From contig VMFR01000003.1 of the NCBI GenBank assembly GCA_007376135.1, positions 75,660 through 139,659 of the forward strand: a stretch of DNA of 64,000 nucleotides, written 5' to 3'. The position numbers and the translations under genes were made by a program. This DNA is from Parcubacteria group bacterium Gr01-1014_31 (lineage in GTDB: Bacteria > Patescibacteriota > Patescibacteriia > Buchananbacterales > GWA2-38-13). Below are positions 28,140-37,617 of the stretch, one piece after another (the first letter of the stretch is position 1; each line of letters starts with the position of its first letter). Below the pieces are notes generated by a model. That model was not told the DNA's origin, made no database searches, and saw only the letters and a list, made by a program, of their open reading frames with translations.

Positions 28140-28568
28140 ATGCGGTATCGGAAATTTTTGGTCACGGGGGGCCTGCTGGCCGTTGCCGTGCTGGCGGTCG
28201 CCTTGCCCCTGGTCGTTTTGGCGCAGGCAACCCAGCCGGTGACCCTGCCTAACCCCATCCAGATCAACGACCCGCGCCAGCTCATCGGGCGGGTCATCAG
28301 CGCCGTCCTGGGGCTGGTCGGTTCCATTGCGCTGGTCATCTTCATGTGGGGAGGGTTCCAGTGGATGACCTCGGCGGGGAATGCCGAAAAGGTCACCAAA
28401 GGAAAAAATGCCATTCTTTGGGCAGCGCTGGGTTTGGCGGTCATCTTTTCCAGCTACGCCCTGGTGCGGTACGCGCTCAATGCGTTGAAACCGCAGGCAG
28501 AACCGAGCCAGGGTGTGCCGGGCACCGGAACCGGGGTGCCAGGTACCGGAACTGCGGTGCCGCCGTAG
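28140..28568 (+). CDS. TrbC/VirB2-like (T4SS-pilin-like) small secreted membrane protein
   Basis: Signal peptide, hydrophobic hairpin with FMWGGFQWMTSAGNAEKVTKGKNAILWAALG motif, GTG-rich tail; GGAGGA RBS. Confidence 0.5.
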   Translation: MRYRKFLVTGGLLAVAVLAVALPLVVLAQATQPVTLPNPIQINDPRQLIGRVISAVLGLVGSIALVIFMWGGFQWMTSAGNAEKVTKGKNAILWAALGLAVIFSSYALVRYALNALKPQAEPSQGVPGTGTGVPGTGTAVPP

Positions 28569-28646
28569 GGGTCGCGGGAAGCGGGAGGACGTACAGGGGA
28601 GTAAAATTTTGGTCTTATGAAGGCCATTTTTTGTTCTGTAATTATC

Positions 28647-28675
28647 TTGACAAATGACTAATCTTATGGTATCAT
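28647..28675 (+). promoter_or_regulatory. sigma70-like promoter (TTGACA-17-TATCAT) of the four-gene operon
   Basis: Lies in a 280-bp AT-rich gap; a second TTGACA occurs at about 28722. Confidence 0.45.
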
Positions 28676-28847
28676 AAATTGTTGCATCAATTAGCCACTT
28701 TTTGGCTTATTGGTGCGGTCCCTTGACAATTCAAGGCGAAAAGCAAAAGAGGCGCCTCGGTGGCCCTCCTTTTCACGTTGATTTGTCTAGGTGTGTGTCT
28801 TAGGTGATTCGGAATTCAAAGGATTCAGTGTAAAGGAGGATGCCATC

Positions 28848-29756
28848 ATGGCAGACAGAAACAGAGACAGAGATCGAGGCGGCAGGGGTGGAGGCGGCGG
28901 CGGAAAGCAAAGCCCATCCACCATCTGCACGTACTGCGGTGCGCGCTACATGATCCAGGATGGGTGCAAGCACAAGGACGACCGTGCAACGCACGGCGAC
29001 GGTGCGCCCGTTCGGTTCCGCGAGTGCATGGCGTGCCACGGACAAGCGCCGAACAACGGCGTTTGTCTCAACTGCCAGCAGAACCCGGGCAAGGGCGGCA
29101 AGCAGCCCAGCTGCCCGGCCTGCAACAATCCGCTGCCGGCCAGCGAGACCAAGTGTCGCTGCGGCTGGGAGTCGGGAATGTGGCAGTGCAAGGACTGCCA
29201 CCTGTGGTGGAAGTCCGACCAGGTCGAGTGCCTCAAGTGCCTCAAAGCGGCGGAGAAAGAGCACAAACGTGCGTGCACCTTCGTCACCTGCCCGACCTGC
29301 CGCCGGCCCTACAAGGCCGAGAATAAGTGGTGCGACCACTGCAACGTCAAGTGCGACCTGTGCCAGAAATGGTACCCGAAGGACCTGACGAAGTGCCCGT
29401 TCTGTGACAAGCCCGTGACGTACGATCTGAAAGTGCTGGTCGATGAGGACGCAACGAACCGGCGGCACGAGCTGCTGGTGACGTTCCTCAAGACGGTCGG
29501 CACCAAGCCGCCGCAAGGCGTCGCGGCCACGGTTCGGGTGCTCGACCCGGCGGTACCAACACCGCCGGGGGGAGAGCCCATCGAGCCTGGTGGTACGGTC
29601 GTTCATGCACCGTACCGCGAGGACGATCGGAAGGTTCGCATCGTTCTGGTCAACTGCGCTGACGGAAACGTCGGCACCTTCACAACGGAGGCCGTGTTGA
29701 CCGGGCGGCGCACGAAGTTCCGCTGGCCGAGTTACCCTCGCGATCCGGCGCGGTGA
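28848..29756 (+). CDS. multi-zinc-ribbon protein (10 or more CxxC pairs) with an RGG-rich N-terminus and an uncharacterised C-terminal domain
   Basis: AAGGAGG RBS 8 nt upstream. MADRNRDRDRGGRGGGGGG, then repeated CxxC pairs (CTYC, CMAC, CLNC, CPAC, CKDC, CLKC, CPTC, CDHC, CDLC, CPFC), then a C-terminal region of about 110 aa. Confidence 0.6.
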   Translation: MADRNRDRDRGGRGGGGGGKQSPSTICTYCGARYMIQDGCKHKDDRATHGDGAPVRFRECMACHGQAPNNGVCLNCQQNPGKGGKQPSCPACNNPLPASETKCRCGWESGMWQCKDCHLWWKSDQVECLKCLKAAEKEHKRACTFVTCPTCRRPYKAENKWCDHCNVKCDLCQKWYPKDLTKCPFCDKPVTYDLKVLVDEDATNRRHELLVTFLKTVGTKPPQGVAATVRVLDPAVPTPPGGEPIEPGGTVVHAPYREDDRKVRIVLVNCADGNVGTFTTEAVLTGRRTKFRWPSYPRDPAR

Positions 29757-29788
29757 ACCATCAACCATCAACCGACAAGGAGTGTGAC

Positions 29789-30928
29789 ATGGAAGTTCTC
29801 GTTAAGGCCTTCATCCTGCTCCCTATCCTGGGAGTATGTCTGGTCGGTAACTACTGGCTGGGCAAGTGGCGCTTCCACGGCTTTCGTGGGGTGCGGGGCG
29901 CGAGCGATCGCGACTACCGGCGCAGCGTCTCCAGCATCGTGCCGCTGATCGCCGCCGTCGTTTCGGCGTTCATTTTCTTCGGCGACCATACCGACAGCTA
30001 TCGGATGGTGCCGGTGTGGTTTCTCGGCATCTGGGGGACGCTGCTGGTCGTTGTTAACGGCTGGTACGCCATCGCCCTGTGGCGAGAATCGCTCTGCGAG
30101 CCCGCCAACCTGCTTCTTCTCGGCTTCTACCATCTCGGTGGATTCTGGGGGAACTGGCGGTCGGGAAAGGACAATGAATCCCGGCCTGGTACCCAGCACA
30201 ACGGTTGGGCTTGGGCGGCGTTGTCTTTCTGGTTGCTGCTGTCCTTATCGTTCTGGACCCATGGCTCGCCGCTCCAATTCGAAGGGGCGGATGCATGGGA
30301 CCTGGCGGCCAATGCTAAGGCGACCGTGGTGAACACGGTTCGTGGCAGCGGCATTCCGGAGGCAGTGGCATCGGCTAAGGACTACGGCCAAAAGGTCGTT
30401 GCCGACGGCAACGAAAGGTACGCCGGCACGCCGCTGGGGAAAGCATTGGGCTGGCTCGCAACGCCAGCCGCGCCTGTCCCAGTGGTACCGGCAACTACCC
30501 CGGCTCCGCTGCTCCCATTGTTCCCGCGCAGCTATTCGTGGCTGATCGTCTGGGTTGCGGGTACTCTCTGGGCGTCCTTCGCCAACATCTACTGCCGACG
30601 CGACGAGGCCGAACGCTTCGTCCGTTGGATTGGTACATTCTTTGCGGCCATCATCGGACGCAAGAAGGCGTTGCCGGTAACCCAGGCCGCCGGCACGACC
30701 GTCGTCGGTGCACCCGCGGCGACAACCGCTGCGGCACCTCCGGCCGACGAACGGCATGGGTCCAAGGCGGAAGGTGGCAAGGACCAGCGGCATGCCCCTC
30801 CTACATTCTTGCAACGAACGGCTGAAGAAGCCGCCGCTGAGGTCGTCGTTCGCCAGGGCGGACGGTGGGTCGAGCAACTGGTCGAAGGGGCCTCCCGCCT
30901 GCTGCGTGGCCGGCGGAAGCATACGTAA
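29789..30928 (+). CDS. polytopic membrane protein (about 7 TM), uncharacterised
   Basis: AAGGAG RBS before MEVLVKAF (alternative GTG at 29753 overlaps the upstream stop as GTGA); 5 N-terminal TM helices, a soluble loop of about 90 aa, 2 more TM helices and an Ala/Thr/Pro-rich tail. Confidence 0.55.
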   Translation: MEVLVKAFILLPILGVCLVGNYWLGKWRFHGFRGVRGASDRDYRRSVSSIVPLIAAVVSAFIFFGDHTDSYRMVPVWFLGIWGTLLVVVNGWYAIALWRESLCEPANLLLLGFYHLGGFWGNWRSGKDNESRPGTQHNGWAWAALSFWLLLSLSFWTHGSPLQFEGADAWDLAANAKATVVNTVRGSGIPEAVASAKDYGQKVVADGNERYAGTPLGKALGWLATPAAPVPVVPATTPAPLLPLFPRSYSWLIVWVAGTLWASFANIYCRRDEAERFVRWIGTFFAAIIGRKKALPVTQAAGTTVVGAPAATTAAAPPADERHGSKAEGGKDQRHAPPTFLQRTAEEAAAEVVVRQGGRWVEQLVEGASRLLRGRRKHT

Positions 30929-30960
30929 CCAACAACCAACACAGAACCAAGGAGTTCATC

Positions 30961-32193
30961 ATGATTCAGAAGCTTCGGGAGTTCGGACAACTGTTTCAGG
31001 AGTTTGGCTGGACGTTCGGCGGCTTTTTGTTCGCCGCCATGGCCAGCCTCGCGTTCGGATCCTTCCTCTTCGGGTTCAGCGGGATGCTGATGATCATCGT
31101 GATCATCGCGGTCGCCACCGTGCTGCTGTCCAAGGGCAAGGACCTGTTCGTCCGTCCGGCGAAGTTCGCCGGGGTCGCGCTCGTCGCCCTCGCCGCGTTC
31201 CTGGCGTCGTGGGTGGTCGTGACCGAGATCTTCACGGACGTGGCGAAAACCACCATCGGCGGCGTGGTCAGTGTCGTCTTGGCGTTGCTGGTGGCGTTCC
31301 GTTACGCCGGCAGCGCGCGCAAGAACGCGTACCACACGCTGGCGCTGTTGGCGTGCGGCGGCTACTTGACGCTGGCCGGTATTGGTCAGTGGGGGCTGAC
31401 GCCGGCGCAACGCGCAGGCGGCGAAACCCGCTCGCGCTACGTTCTGCGGTCGCTCTACGATTGGTGGAACAGCCATAAGGATACGGTGGCCATCAGCGTC
31501 GGCCGTTCGGCGGATGAAACCCGTTTGGCAGCTCGGATGCTGGATGAGGTGACCGTGCATACCCCCGGTCTGACGTCGGATTTCAAAGACGACCATGGGG
31601 TGACCATCACCGCGTACCGCATCCATGAAGGCGACGTGCTGCTGCGCTTTCCCGGCGAAGACGTAAAAACGTTCGACGGGGAAGACTACGTCAAGGTGAA
31701 GGTGGATGGTGATCCGCCCATCCTTGGTTGGTTCAAGTTCCGCACCTGGCACAAGAACCTCGCCAAGAAGGTTGTCACCCCCAGCTCCTCGACGTCGGCG
31801 CCATCGCCGGTAGCGGCAACCAGCACGCCGATCGTGCGACCCGCCACCGTCGTTGCACCGACGCTTCCTCTCGTACCCGCTCTTGCACCGTCCGTCTTGG
31901 ATGAGGAAACGGTGGTCGCGAATAAGGACCACTGGACCATCACCAAGGTGCCGGTGAAACTGCAGGAGCACGTGTGGATCGGGCCGTTCCCTTCGGAAGG
32001 GGACGGCAAACGGCTGGTCGTCTGTATCGACGGCGGCCAACCGGTCACCATCCAGCCGTACCTGTGGCCGAACGGAAAGTACGGCGCGCGCATCCATCGG
32101 ATGAGCGGCGACCAGGCCACACAGTACCTGTGGGTGCGAGTGAGCGACGGCGCTCCTCTCACCATCAGGCTCAACAAGAACCGTCCCTACTGA
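30961..32193 (+). CDS. membrane-anchored protein (4-5 N-terminal TM) with a soluble C-terminal domain of about 250 aa, uncharacterised
   Basis: AAGGAG RBS before MIQKLREF; Ser/Pro/Thr/Ala-rich linker; C-terminal domain ends ...WVRVSDGAPLTIRLNKNRPY. Confidence 0.55.
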   Translation: MIQKLREFGQLFQEFGWTFGGFLFAAMASLAFGSFLFGFSGMLMIIVIIAVATVLLSKGKDLFVRPAKFAGVALVALAAFLASWVVVTEIFTDVAKTTIGGVVSVVLALLVAFRYAGSARKNAYHTLALLACGGYLTLAGIGQWGLTPAQRAGGETRSRYVLRSLYDWWNSHKDTVAISVGRSADETRLAARMLDEVTVHTPGLTSDFKDDHGVTITAYRIHEGDVLLRFPGEDVKTFDGEDYVKVKVDGDPPILGWFKFRTWHKNLAKKVVTPSSSTSAPSPVAATSTPIVRPATVVAPTLPLVPALAPSVLDEETVVANKDHWTITKVPVKLQEHVWIGPFPSEGDGKRLVVCIDGGQPVTIQPYLWPNGKYGARIHRMSGDQATQYLWVRVSDGAPLTIRLNKNRPY

Positions 32194-32205
32194 AAGGAGT
32201 CCAAC

Positions 32206-33687
32206 GTGTCGAAAAACAGATCCGATCGAGAGCGGCAGGAGCGCCTGACCGCTCTCAAGAAGCTGTTCCAGCGCGTCGCGCCCGCCGGCATCCCCGGCGA
32301 GCGCTACGGCACCAACCGCAAGCTGGGGGAGCTTGTTCAGGAGCTGGGCCTTACCGTCGAGCTGCTGGACGCCCCCGATTTGCCCTCCGAGGCGAAGTTG
32401 TGCGAGCTCCTCGCGACGCCCGCGCAGCCCGCCCCTGCAGCCGCCGGTGCGGACCTCCCGGTGCCCGAACCGTCGGCTGCCGACTTCGCGCCGATTGACC
32501 TGCTGGTGGATCAGCCGGAGCCGTCCGTCTCCGAAACCGTTCCCGGGGCGGTTCCCGATGAACCGTTCCAACCGGCGCCGGCCGAGGCTCGAATTGAGCC
32601 GAATCCGGACCGGTCCGACGTTCCCGAGCCGTCCGTGCCGCAAGGTACGGGCGGCTCGGACACCTCCGACACTCGCCCCGAGCCCGACCTTGCGGCTATC
32701 CTGGAGGAATTCAGCGAGGCCGACGGCGGCGAGCCGGAGGCCGACGATGCGTACGGCGACCGCGACCTGTTGGGTGAAGCGTTCGAAGGCGGCGGTGAAG
32801 ACGGGGAGGATGAAGAGTCCCTCCGGCTTGATCCGCCGCCCCGACTGCTCGTCCAACCCGTTCGCGCGGCCCTCACGTCGCGCCAGAAGCTGGTCATCGC
32901 GATCGGCTCCGCGGCGGCGCTGGTGTTCGTGTCCGTTTCGTTGACCGTGCTGTTCATCAAGAGCCGCCAGCCCGCGCTGGCCGTTGATCCGGCGGTTGTC
33001 GCGACGCTGCGCAGCGAGAATGCGAAGCTTCGAACGGCCACCAGTGACGCAACGGCCAAATCGGATGCTGCCGAGCAGCAGCGGAAGGCGGCCCACATGC
33101 AAGTGTTGGCTGCCGAACAATTGGCGCAGGAGGCACTGGCCGGACAGATTGCGGCGCTCGAGCGCGAAACCAAAGCGCGTGAAGAGCGCGAGAAGGAAGA
33201 TGAAGATCGCGCGCGGGCTACCCATGCCAGCCGTACCTTCAAAAGCCTTCGCGACCTGAGCGATGAGGACGCCGAGCGTTTGGCGCAGATGTCCGGCCTG
33301 GATAAAGACCAGGTCAAGGCTTCAACGCCCGATATGCTCGATGCCCAGCGTCGCATCCGCGAGCTCCAGAAGCAGCTCAAGCAGCGGCCGAAGCTTTCGG
33401 CGCCCGGCACAGCTGCTCCCACCGCACCTTCCGTATCGCCGCCACCACCGAAGGCGGAAGCCGGTGGCGACCGTACCGTGAACGTCGGGATTGCTGTCGA
33501 TTTCGACGGCGCTGCCTCAACGGGAAACATCCAGGAGTACCGTTGGCGGTTCGGCGATGGCGATGAGGCCACGGGCAAGACCGTGGCCCATACCTACGCC
33601 ACCAGCTCAATGTTCACGGTCACTTTGACCGTTACGGACGACCGGGGCCAAACGGCCCAGGATTCGTTCACCGTAACGGTGAAGTGA
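32206..33687 (+). CDS. bitopic protein: cytoplasmic N-terminal domain plus acidic/Pro-rich disordered region, single TM, coiled coil, C-terminal PKD domain
   Basis: AAAGGAG RBS and GTG start; TM at about residues 225-247 (LVIAIGSAAALVFVSVSLTVLFI); heptad-like Ala/Glu/Gln/Lys/Arg-rich segment; C-terminal YRWRFGDGDEATGKTVAHTYATSSMFTVTLTVTDDRGQ (PKD-type). Confidence 0.6.
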   Translation: MSKNRSDRERQERLTALKKLFQRVAPAGIPGERYGTNRKLGELVQELGLTVELLDAPDLPSEAKLCELLATPAQPAPAAAGADLPVPEPSAADFAPIDLLVDQPEPSVSETVPGAVPDEPFQPAPAEARIEPNPDRSDVPEPSVPQGTGGSDTSDTRPEPDLAAILEEFSEADGGEPEADDAYGDRDLLGEAFEGGGEDGEDEESLRLDPPPRLLVQPVRAALTSRQKLVIAIGSAAALVFVSVSLTVLFIKSRQPALAVDPAVVATLRSENAKLRTATSDATAKSDAAEQQRKAAHMQVLAAEQLAQEALAGQIAALERETKAREEREKEDEDRARATHASRTFKSLRDLSDEDAERLAQMSGLDKDQVKASTPDMLDAQRRIRELQKQLKQRPKLSAPGTAAPTAPSVSPPPPKAEAGGDRTVNVGIAVDFDGAASTGNIQEYRWRFGDGDEATGKTVAHTYATSSMFTVTLTVTDDRGQTAQDSFTVTVK

Positions 33688-33748
33688 TGTCGTTCCTTCC
33701 GGGTGGCCAGCGCTACGGATAACCGTGGCCCCGGCCCCCTCCCACCTT

Positions 33749-33786
33749 GAAGGCGGTTGAGCCCAGCTCTCCGCCTTCTTTTTTTA
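33749..33786 (+). terminator. intrinsic terminator closing the four-gene operon
   Basis: gaaggcggttgagcccagctctccgccttc hairpin plus tttttttta. Confidence 0.7.
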
Positions 33787-33811
33787 TGCCTGGCAACGGT
33801 ATACTGACCCT

Positions 33812-35515
33812 ATGACCCTCTCCAATTTCCGGCGGCCGGCCTTGGTTGCCATCATCCTGCTGGCGGCAGTCATGCGGTTCTGGCAACTGCCGGCCGGTGA
33901 TGTCATCTCCGACGAGGCGCTCATCGGTTTCCGTTCAGTCGGCTATATCGACTACCTGGCGTCACCCGACCAGCCGACGACCTGGGAGCAGTTCTCGGGC
34001 CCGGTTCCCGCCTGGGCCTACCTGTCGTTCCACGACCATCCGCCGCTGACGTTCCTGGTGCAATGGGCGTCGTTCAAGACCTTTGGCGTCAACGGATTCG
34101 CGTTACGACTGCCATTCGCGCTCGCCGGTATTCTGTCGGTGTGGCTTATCTATCTGCTGATGCGGCGCCTGTTCCATGAGGCCGCCGCCCTGTTGGCCGC
34201 GCTGCTGTGCGCGCTGGCTACCGCCACCGTCTGGAACTCGCGGCTGGGGCTGCAGGAGTCTCTGCTGATAATGTTTTCCCTGCTGGCCGCGTACTGGTAC
34301 CGCCGGGCGCTGGATGATCATCGATTTTTGCCGGCCGTCGGGCTGGCGCTCGGCCTGGGCCTGCTGACCAAGTACACGATCGTCGCGGTGGCACTCGCGC
34401 TCTTGGTCCATTTCCTCATCTATCGGCGCGATTATTTTCGGCTGCGCACGTTCTGGATCGGGGGCGCGGTGTTCCTGCTCTTGGCATCGCCGCTCATTAT
34501 CTACAACTTGATGCTGTATCGCGCCACCGGGCATTTTGATTTGCAACTGTCCTATCTTCTGGGACAGCGGGTAGGGGAGTGGCAGTCGTTGCCCGGCAAG
34601 GAGCAGATCGGCGCCTGGCCCGAACGTTTCGTCAGCTATTGGGAGCATCTGCGACCGATGCTGTCGCCGCCGCTGCTGGTCCTGGTCATGCTCGGGGCCG
34701 CGCTGTTCGTCGTCCTGTGGTTCACAAGTAACGACCCGGAATCCAGCTACACGCTCCTGGGACTGCTGACGGTGAGCTGGGCGGGGATGTTGTTGTTCAT
34801 CGGACCGTCCACAAGATTTGTATCGGTCCTGGTCGTGTGGCTATTGATGGCCGCGGCCGTGGTGGCAACGGCGCTGCGCACGCCGTACGCCGTGTTGCGG
34901 GGAGTCCTGGCGGCAGTGTTCGTCGGGGTGGTGGCGTACGAGGGGATGTTTGCCGTGCGGACGGTGATCGCCGACCGGCCGTCAGGACGGCCGGGCTTGG
35001 CCTATTCCGGGTTGCTGCGGTCCGACATGGAGCGCTGGGGTTATCAGCAACTGGACCGGTATTTGGCCGGCGCATTGTCGGGCCGCCGGCCCCAGGTGTT
35101 GCCGAATGTCCGTAACGATTTTTTGCGGCGGCTGCAAGCGCGTGTCGAGCGCAGTGCGCTGCGGCCCACACCGATGCTCATTGTCTACGACGCCAACCTT
35201 TACGACCTGGGAGCGCTTTGGACCCTGCACCGCCGTCTCGTCTATGAGGGTTGGCCGGTGATCACTGCCGAACAGTTCCTAGCGGCCGGGGAATCCTTCT
35301 GGCGGCAAGCAGGCATTCGGGAATTCATATTCGTAAAAATCGGTGGCGGCATGCTGTTGCAGGCTCCCGCCGAACGGACCATTGGCGGGGAAAAATTGGC
35401 GCAGCAGTTGGACGCGCAAGGCGTTCCCAAGGCAGCCGTGGCAAGCCCACGGCTTGGGACGGCGGCCTTCACCATCTACCGTTGGGGCGAGGGGAGCGGG
35501 GGGCCGCCCAAATAG
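33812..35515 (+). CDS. GT39/GT83-type (PMT_2 / ArnT-like) membrane glycosyltransferase
   Basis: 11-13 TM helices; N-terminal DE motif region; LGLLTKYT motif. Confidence 0.8.
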   Translation: MTLSNFRRPALVAIILLAAVMRFWQLPAGDVISDEALIGFRSVGYIDYLASPDQPTTWEQFSGPVPAWAYLSFHDHPPLTFLVQWASFKTFGVNGFALRLPFALAGILSVWLIYLLMRRLFHEAAALLAALLCALATATVWNSRLGLQESLLIMFSLLAAYWYRRALDDHRFLPAVGLALGLGLLTKYTIVAVALALLVHFLIYRRDYFRLRTFWIGGAVFLLLASPLIIYNLMLYRATGHFDLQLSYLLGQRVGEWQSLPGKEQIGAWPERFVSYWEHLRPMLSPPLLVLVMLGAALFVVLWFTSNDPESSYTLLGLLTVSWAGMLLFIGPSTRFVSVLVVWLLMAAAVVATALRTPYAVLRGVLAAVFVGVVAYEGMFAVRTVIADRPSGRPGLAYSGLLRSDMERWGYQQLDRYLAGALSGRRPQVLPNVRNDFLRRLQARVERSALRPTPMLIVYDANLYDLGALWTLHRRLVYEGWPVITAEQFLAAGESFWRQAGIREFIFVKIGGGMLLQAPAERTIGGEKLAQQLDAQGVPKAAVASPRLGTAAFTIYRWGEGSGGPPK

Positions 35516-35789
35516 GCGTATGACGGTATCATCAATGGGTGTGGATAAATCCATTGACCACGTAGCGCAACCATGCTATACTTATTTTAGAGAGTAGGTT
35601 CTGAGTGGACGTTCACAGGGTGAGGAGAGGTAGATGGGCCACAGGGTAAGGCTCATGGCACCGAACATTTCGGTGGCAGGAGTCTTACCCCCAACCCTCC
35701 AACTTTTTCTCTCGAAGCATTTCGCTTCACCCCCGTGACTCTGTCACACCTCACATTTCCAACCTACTCTCTTTCTTTTTGCCTAAAAT

Positions 35790-36227
35790 ATGCAGTTGGT
35801 AAGCGATGATCTGCGCGACGGCGAGCTGATGCCGTCAACGTTCACCTGCGACGGGCAGGATGTGGCGCCGCAGTTGGGTTGGCGCAACGTTCCTGAAGGG
35901 ACGAAAAGTTTTGCCCTACGTTGTTTTGACCCTGATGCACCCGGCGGCGGGTTCACGCACTGGCTGGTTGCCAATCTCCCCCACACGTGCCGTCAACTCC
36001 CGCGCGGCGGGCCGCTGCCCGATGCGGCGGTCGAGGTCCTCAATGATTTCGGAAAAACCGGGTATGGCGGACCGTGTCCGCCATCCGGCACGCATCGGTA
36101 CGAGTTCACGCTCTACGCGTTGAACGTGGTGGAGCTGCGCGGGCTCACGGCGGAAAATTTTTTGGACCAGGTGCGTCGTTGTGCCGTGGCGCAAGCGACG
36201 CTGACGGCACCCTACCGGCGACGTTAG
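35790..36227 (+). CDS. YbhB/YbcL-family phosphatidylethanolamine-binding protein (PEBP/RKIP-like)
   Basis: DPDAPGGGFTHWLVANLP motif typical of bacterial PEBP. Confidence 0.85.
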   Translation: MQLVSDDLRDGELMPSTFTCDGQDVAPQLGWRNVPEGTKSFALRCFDPDAPGGGFTHWLVANLPHTCRQLPRGGPLPDAAVEVLNDFGKTGYGGPCPPSGTHRYEFTLYALNVVELRGLTAENFLDQVRRCAVAQATLTAPYRRR

Positions 36228-36266
36228 CGCGCCGGCAGCGAGAACCCGCCATTTCGGCGGATTTTT

Positions 36267-37523
36267 TCATTCCGGAATGTAGACGGTGGTTGGCGGCGAC
36301 GCGGGGATGCTGATAGTCTTGCGGTAGCCGACCCGGTCGTGCGCATTATCCGTAGTACCCCACATCGCGCCGGACGCAATGGTGGACTCGCCGTACTTAT
36401 CGTTGAGCCGGTCGGCAGCCGCCGCCAGGAGTTTTGGCTTGAGGATGTCATCAAACAGCGACTGCTGCCCGGATGTTGGCTGCAGGTCCGTCACGCTGAC
36501 GGCAAGTTGGGTGGCCGCATCGGGCAGGGGACGGGAGAACAACAGCGCGTTGGCAGCACGCAGGATATCCGGCGTCGTGAAGAGCGGTTCCGCTGCCCGC
36601 TTGCTGCCGCCCCGGCCGTGGCCGTGCTGCAGACCGCAGTAGGCAAATATCCCCCGCGCTTCCAGGTTCTGGCTGCGCAGCCGCCGGCCGGTGCGTTCGC
36701 ACAGTTTCGCGAGTATCGGCCGCAGGTAGGCGGGGTCGTCGGTGCGCTTCGGCAGGCAGTAGGAATGACCGATGGATTTCGGCGCGGCCGGCGTTGTCGC
36801 CACATCGGAAAGTTCTACGCCGTTGACGTTCGCCCATAGGTAGTACCCGGGCTTGCCTAGGCAGGCGATCAAATTGGCCACCGGGTAGCGGCGCAGGTCA
36901 TTGAGCGTGGCAATGCCCAGCCGCCACAGCCGCCAGGCGGTCTTGTGTTTGATGCCCCAGGCATCGGTGATGCGGACGCGAGAAAATATTGCCGCCACAG
37001 TATCGGGGGTGACCATCAGGACGCCGCCCTTGGGCGCCACATCGGAACCGAATTTCGCCAAAAATCGCGTGGAGCTGACGCCGACGGAGCATTGCAGCCA
37101 GTCGCCGACCTCGGTTTTGATGCGCCGTTGGATTTGGCGCGCCAGCAGCTCGGCCTGGGGGAGCTCGCGCACCCAGCCGGTCATGTCCAAAAATGCTTCA
37201 TCGATGCTGTAGGGTTCCACGCGGTCGGTATACTGCGCGAGGATGGAAAATATTTTTTCCGTCGTGCTGCGGTATTTGGATGGTTCATTTTGGACCAGGA
37301 TGATGCCGGGGTAGATCTTTTTGGCGTCACTGATGCGCATGCCGGTTTTGACCCCGACCTTCTTGGCCTCCATGGAGGACGCGATGATGCAGCCGTTGCC
37401 GTTCTTGGTTTTTGGCAGGTACGCGCACACGCCCAGCGGTTTGCCGCGCAGGAAAGGATTGGCCTGCTGCTCCACAGAGGCAAAGTAGCTATTCATATCG
37501 ATATGCAGTATCACTTTTTGCAT
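36267..37523 (-). CDS. dinB: DNA polymerase IV (Y-family)
   Basis: MQKVILHIDMNSYFASVEQ N-terminus and conserved palm/finger motifs; C-terminal extension of about 60 aa. Confidence 0.9.
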   Translation of the reverse strand: MQKVILHIDMNSYFASVEQQANPFLRGKPLGVCAYLPKTKNGNGCIIASSMEAKKVGVKTGMRISDAKKIYPGIILVQNEPSKYRSTTEKIFSILAQYTDRVEPYSIDEAFLDMTGWVRELPQAELLARQIQRRIKTEVGDWLQCSVGVSSTRFLAKFGSDVAPKGGVLMVTPDTVAAIFSRVRITDAWGIKHKTAWRLWRLGIATLNDLRRYPVANLIACLGKPGYYLWANVNGVELSDVATTPAAPKSIGHSYCLPKRTDDPAYLRPILAKLCERTGRRLRSQNLEARGIFAYCGLQHGHGRGGSKRAAEPLFTTPDILRAANALLFSRPLPDAATQLAVSVTDLQPTSGQQSLFDDILKPKLLAAAADRLNDKYGESTIASGAMWGTTDNAHDRVGYRKTISIPASPPTTVYIPE

Positions 37524-37617
37524 ATCATGGAGAGTTCATTTCTACACTTTTTTGGAAAGGGCGGGTTCGAGGGGGTATGGGCCACCTCACGTATAAAGTT
37601 ATGTCTAGTGCGAGAAT

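Noticed and set aside
30589-33225. 878-aa minus-strand ORF antisense to genes 3-4 of the four-gene operon
   Set aside because: Same high-GC antisense artefact; low-complexity R/G/A-rich product; the forward genes have RBSs and coherent domain structure.
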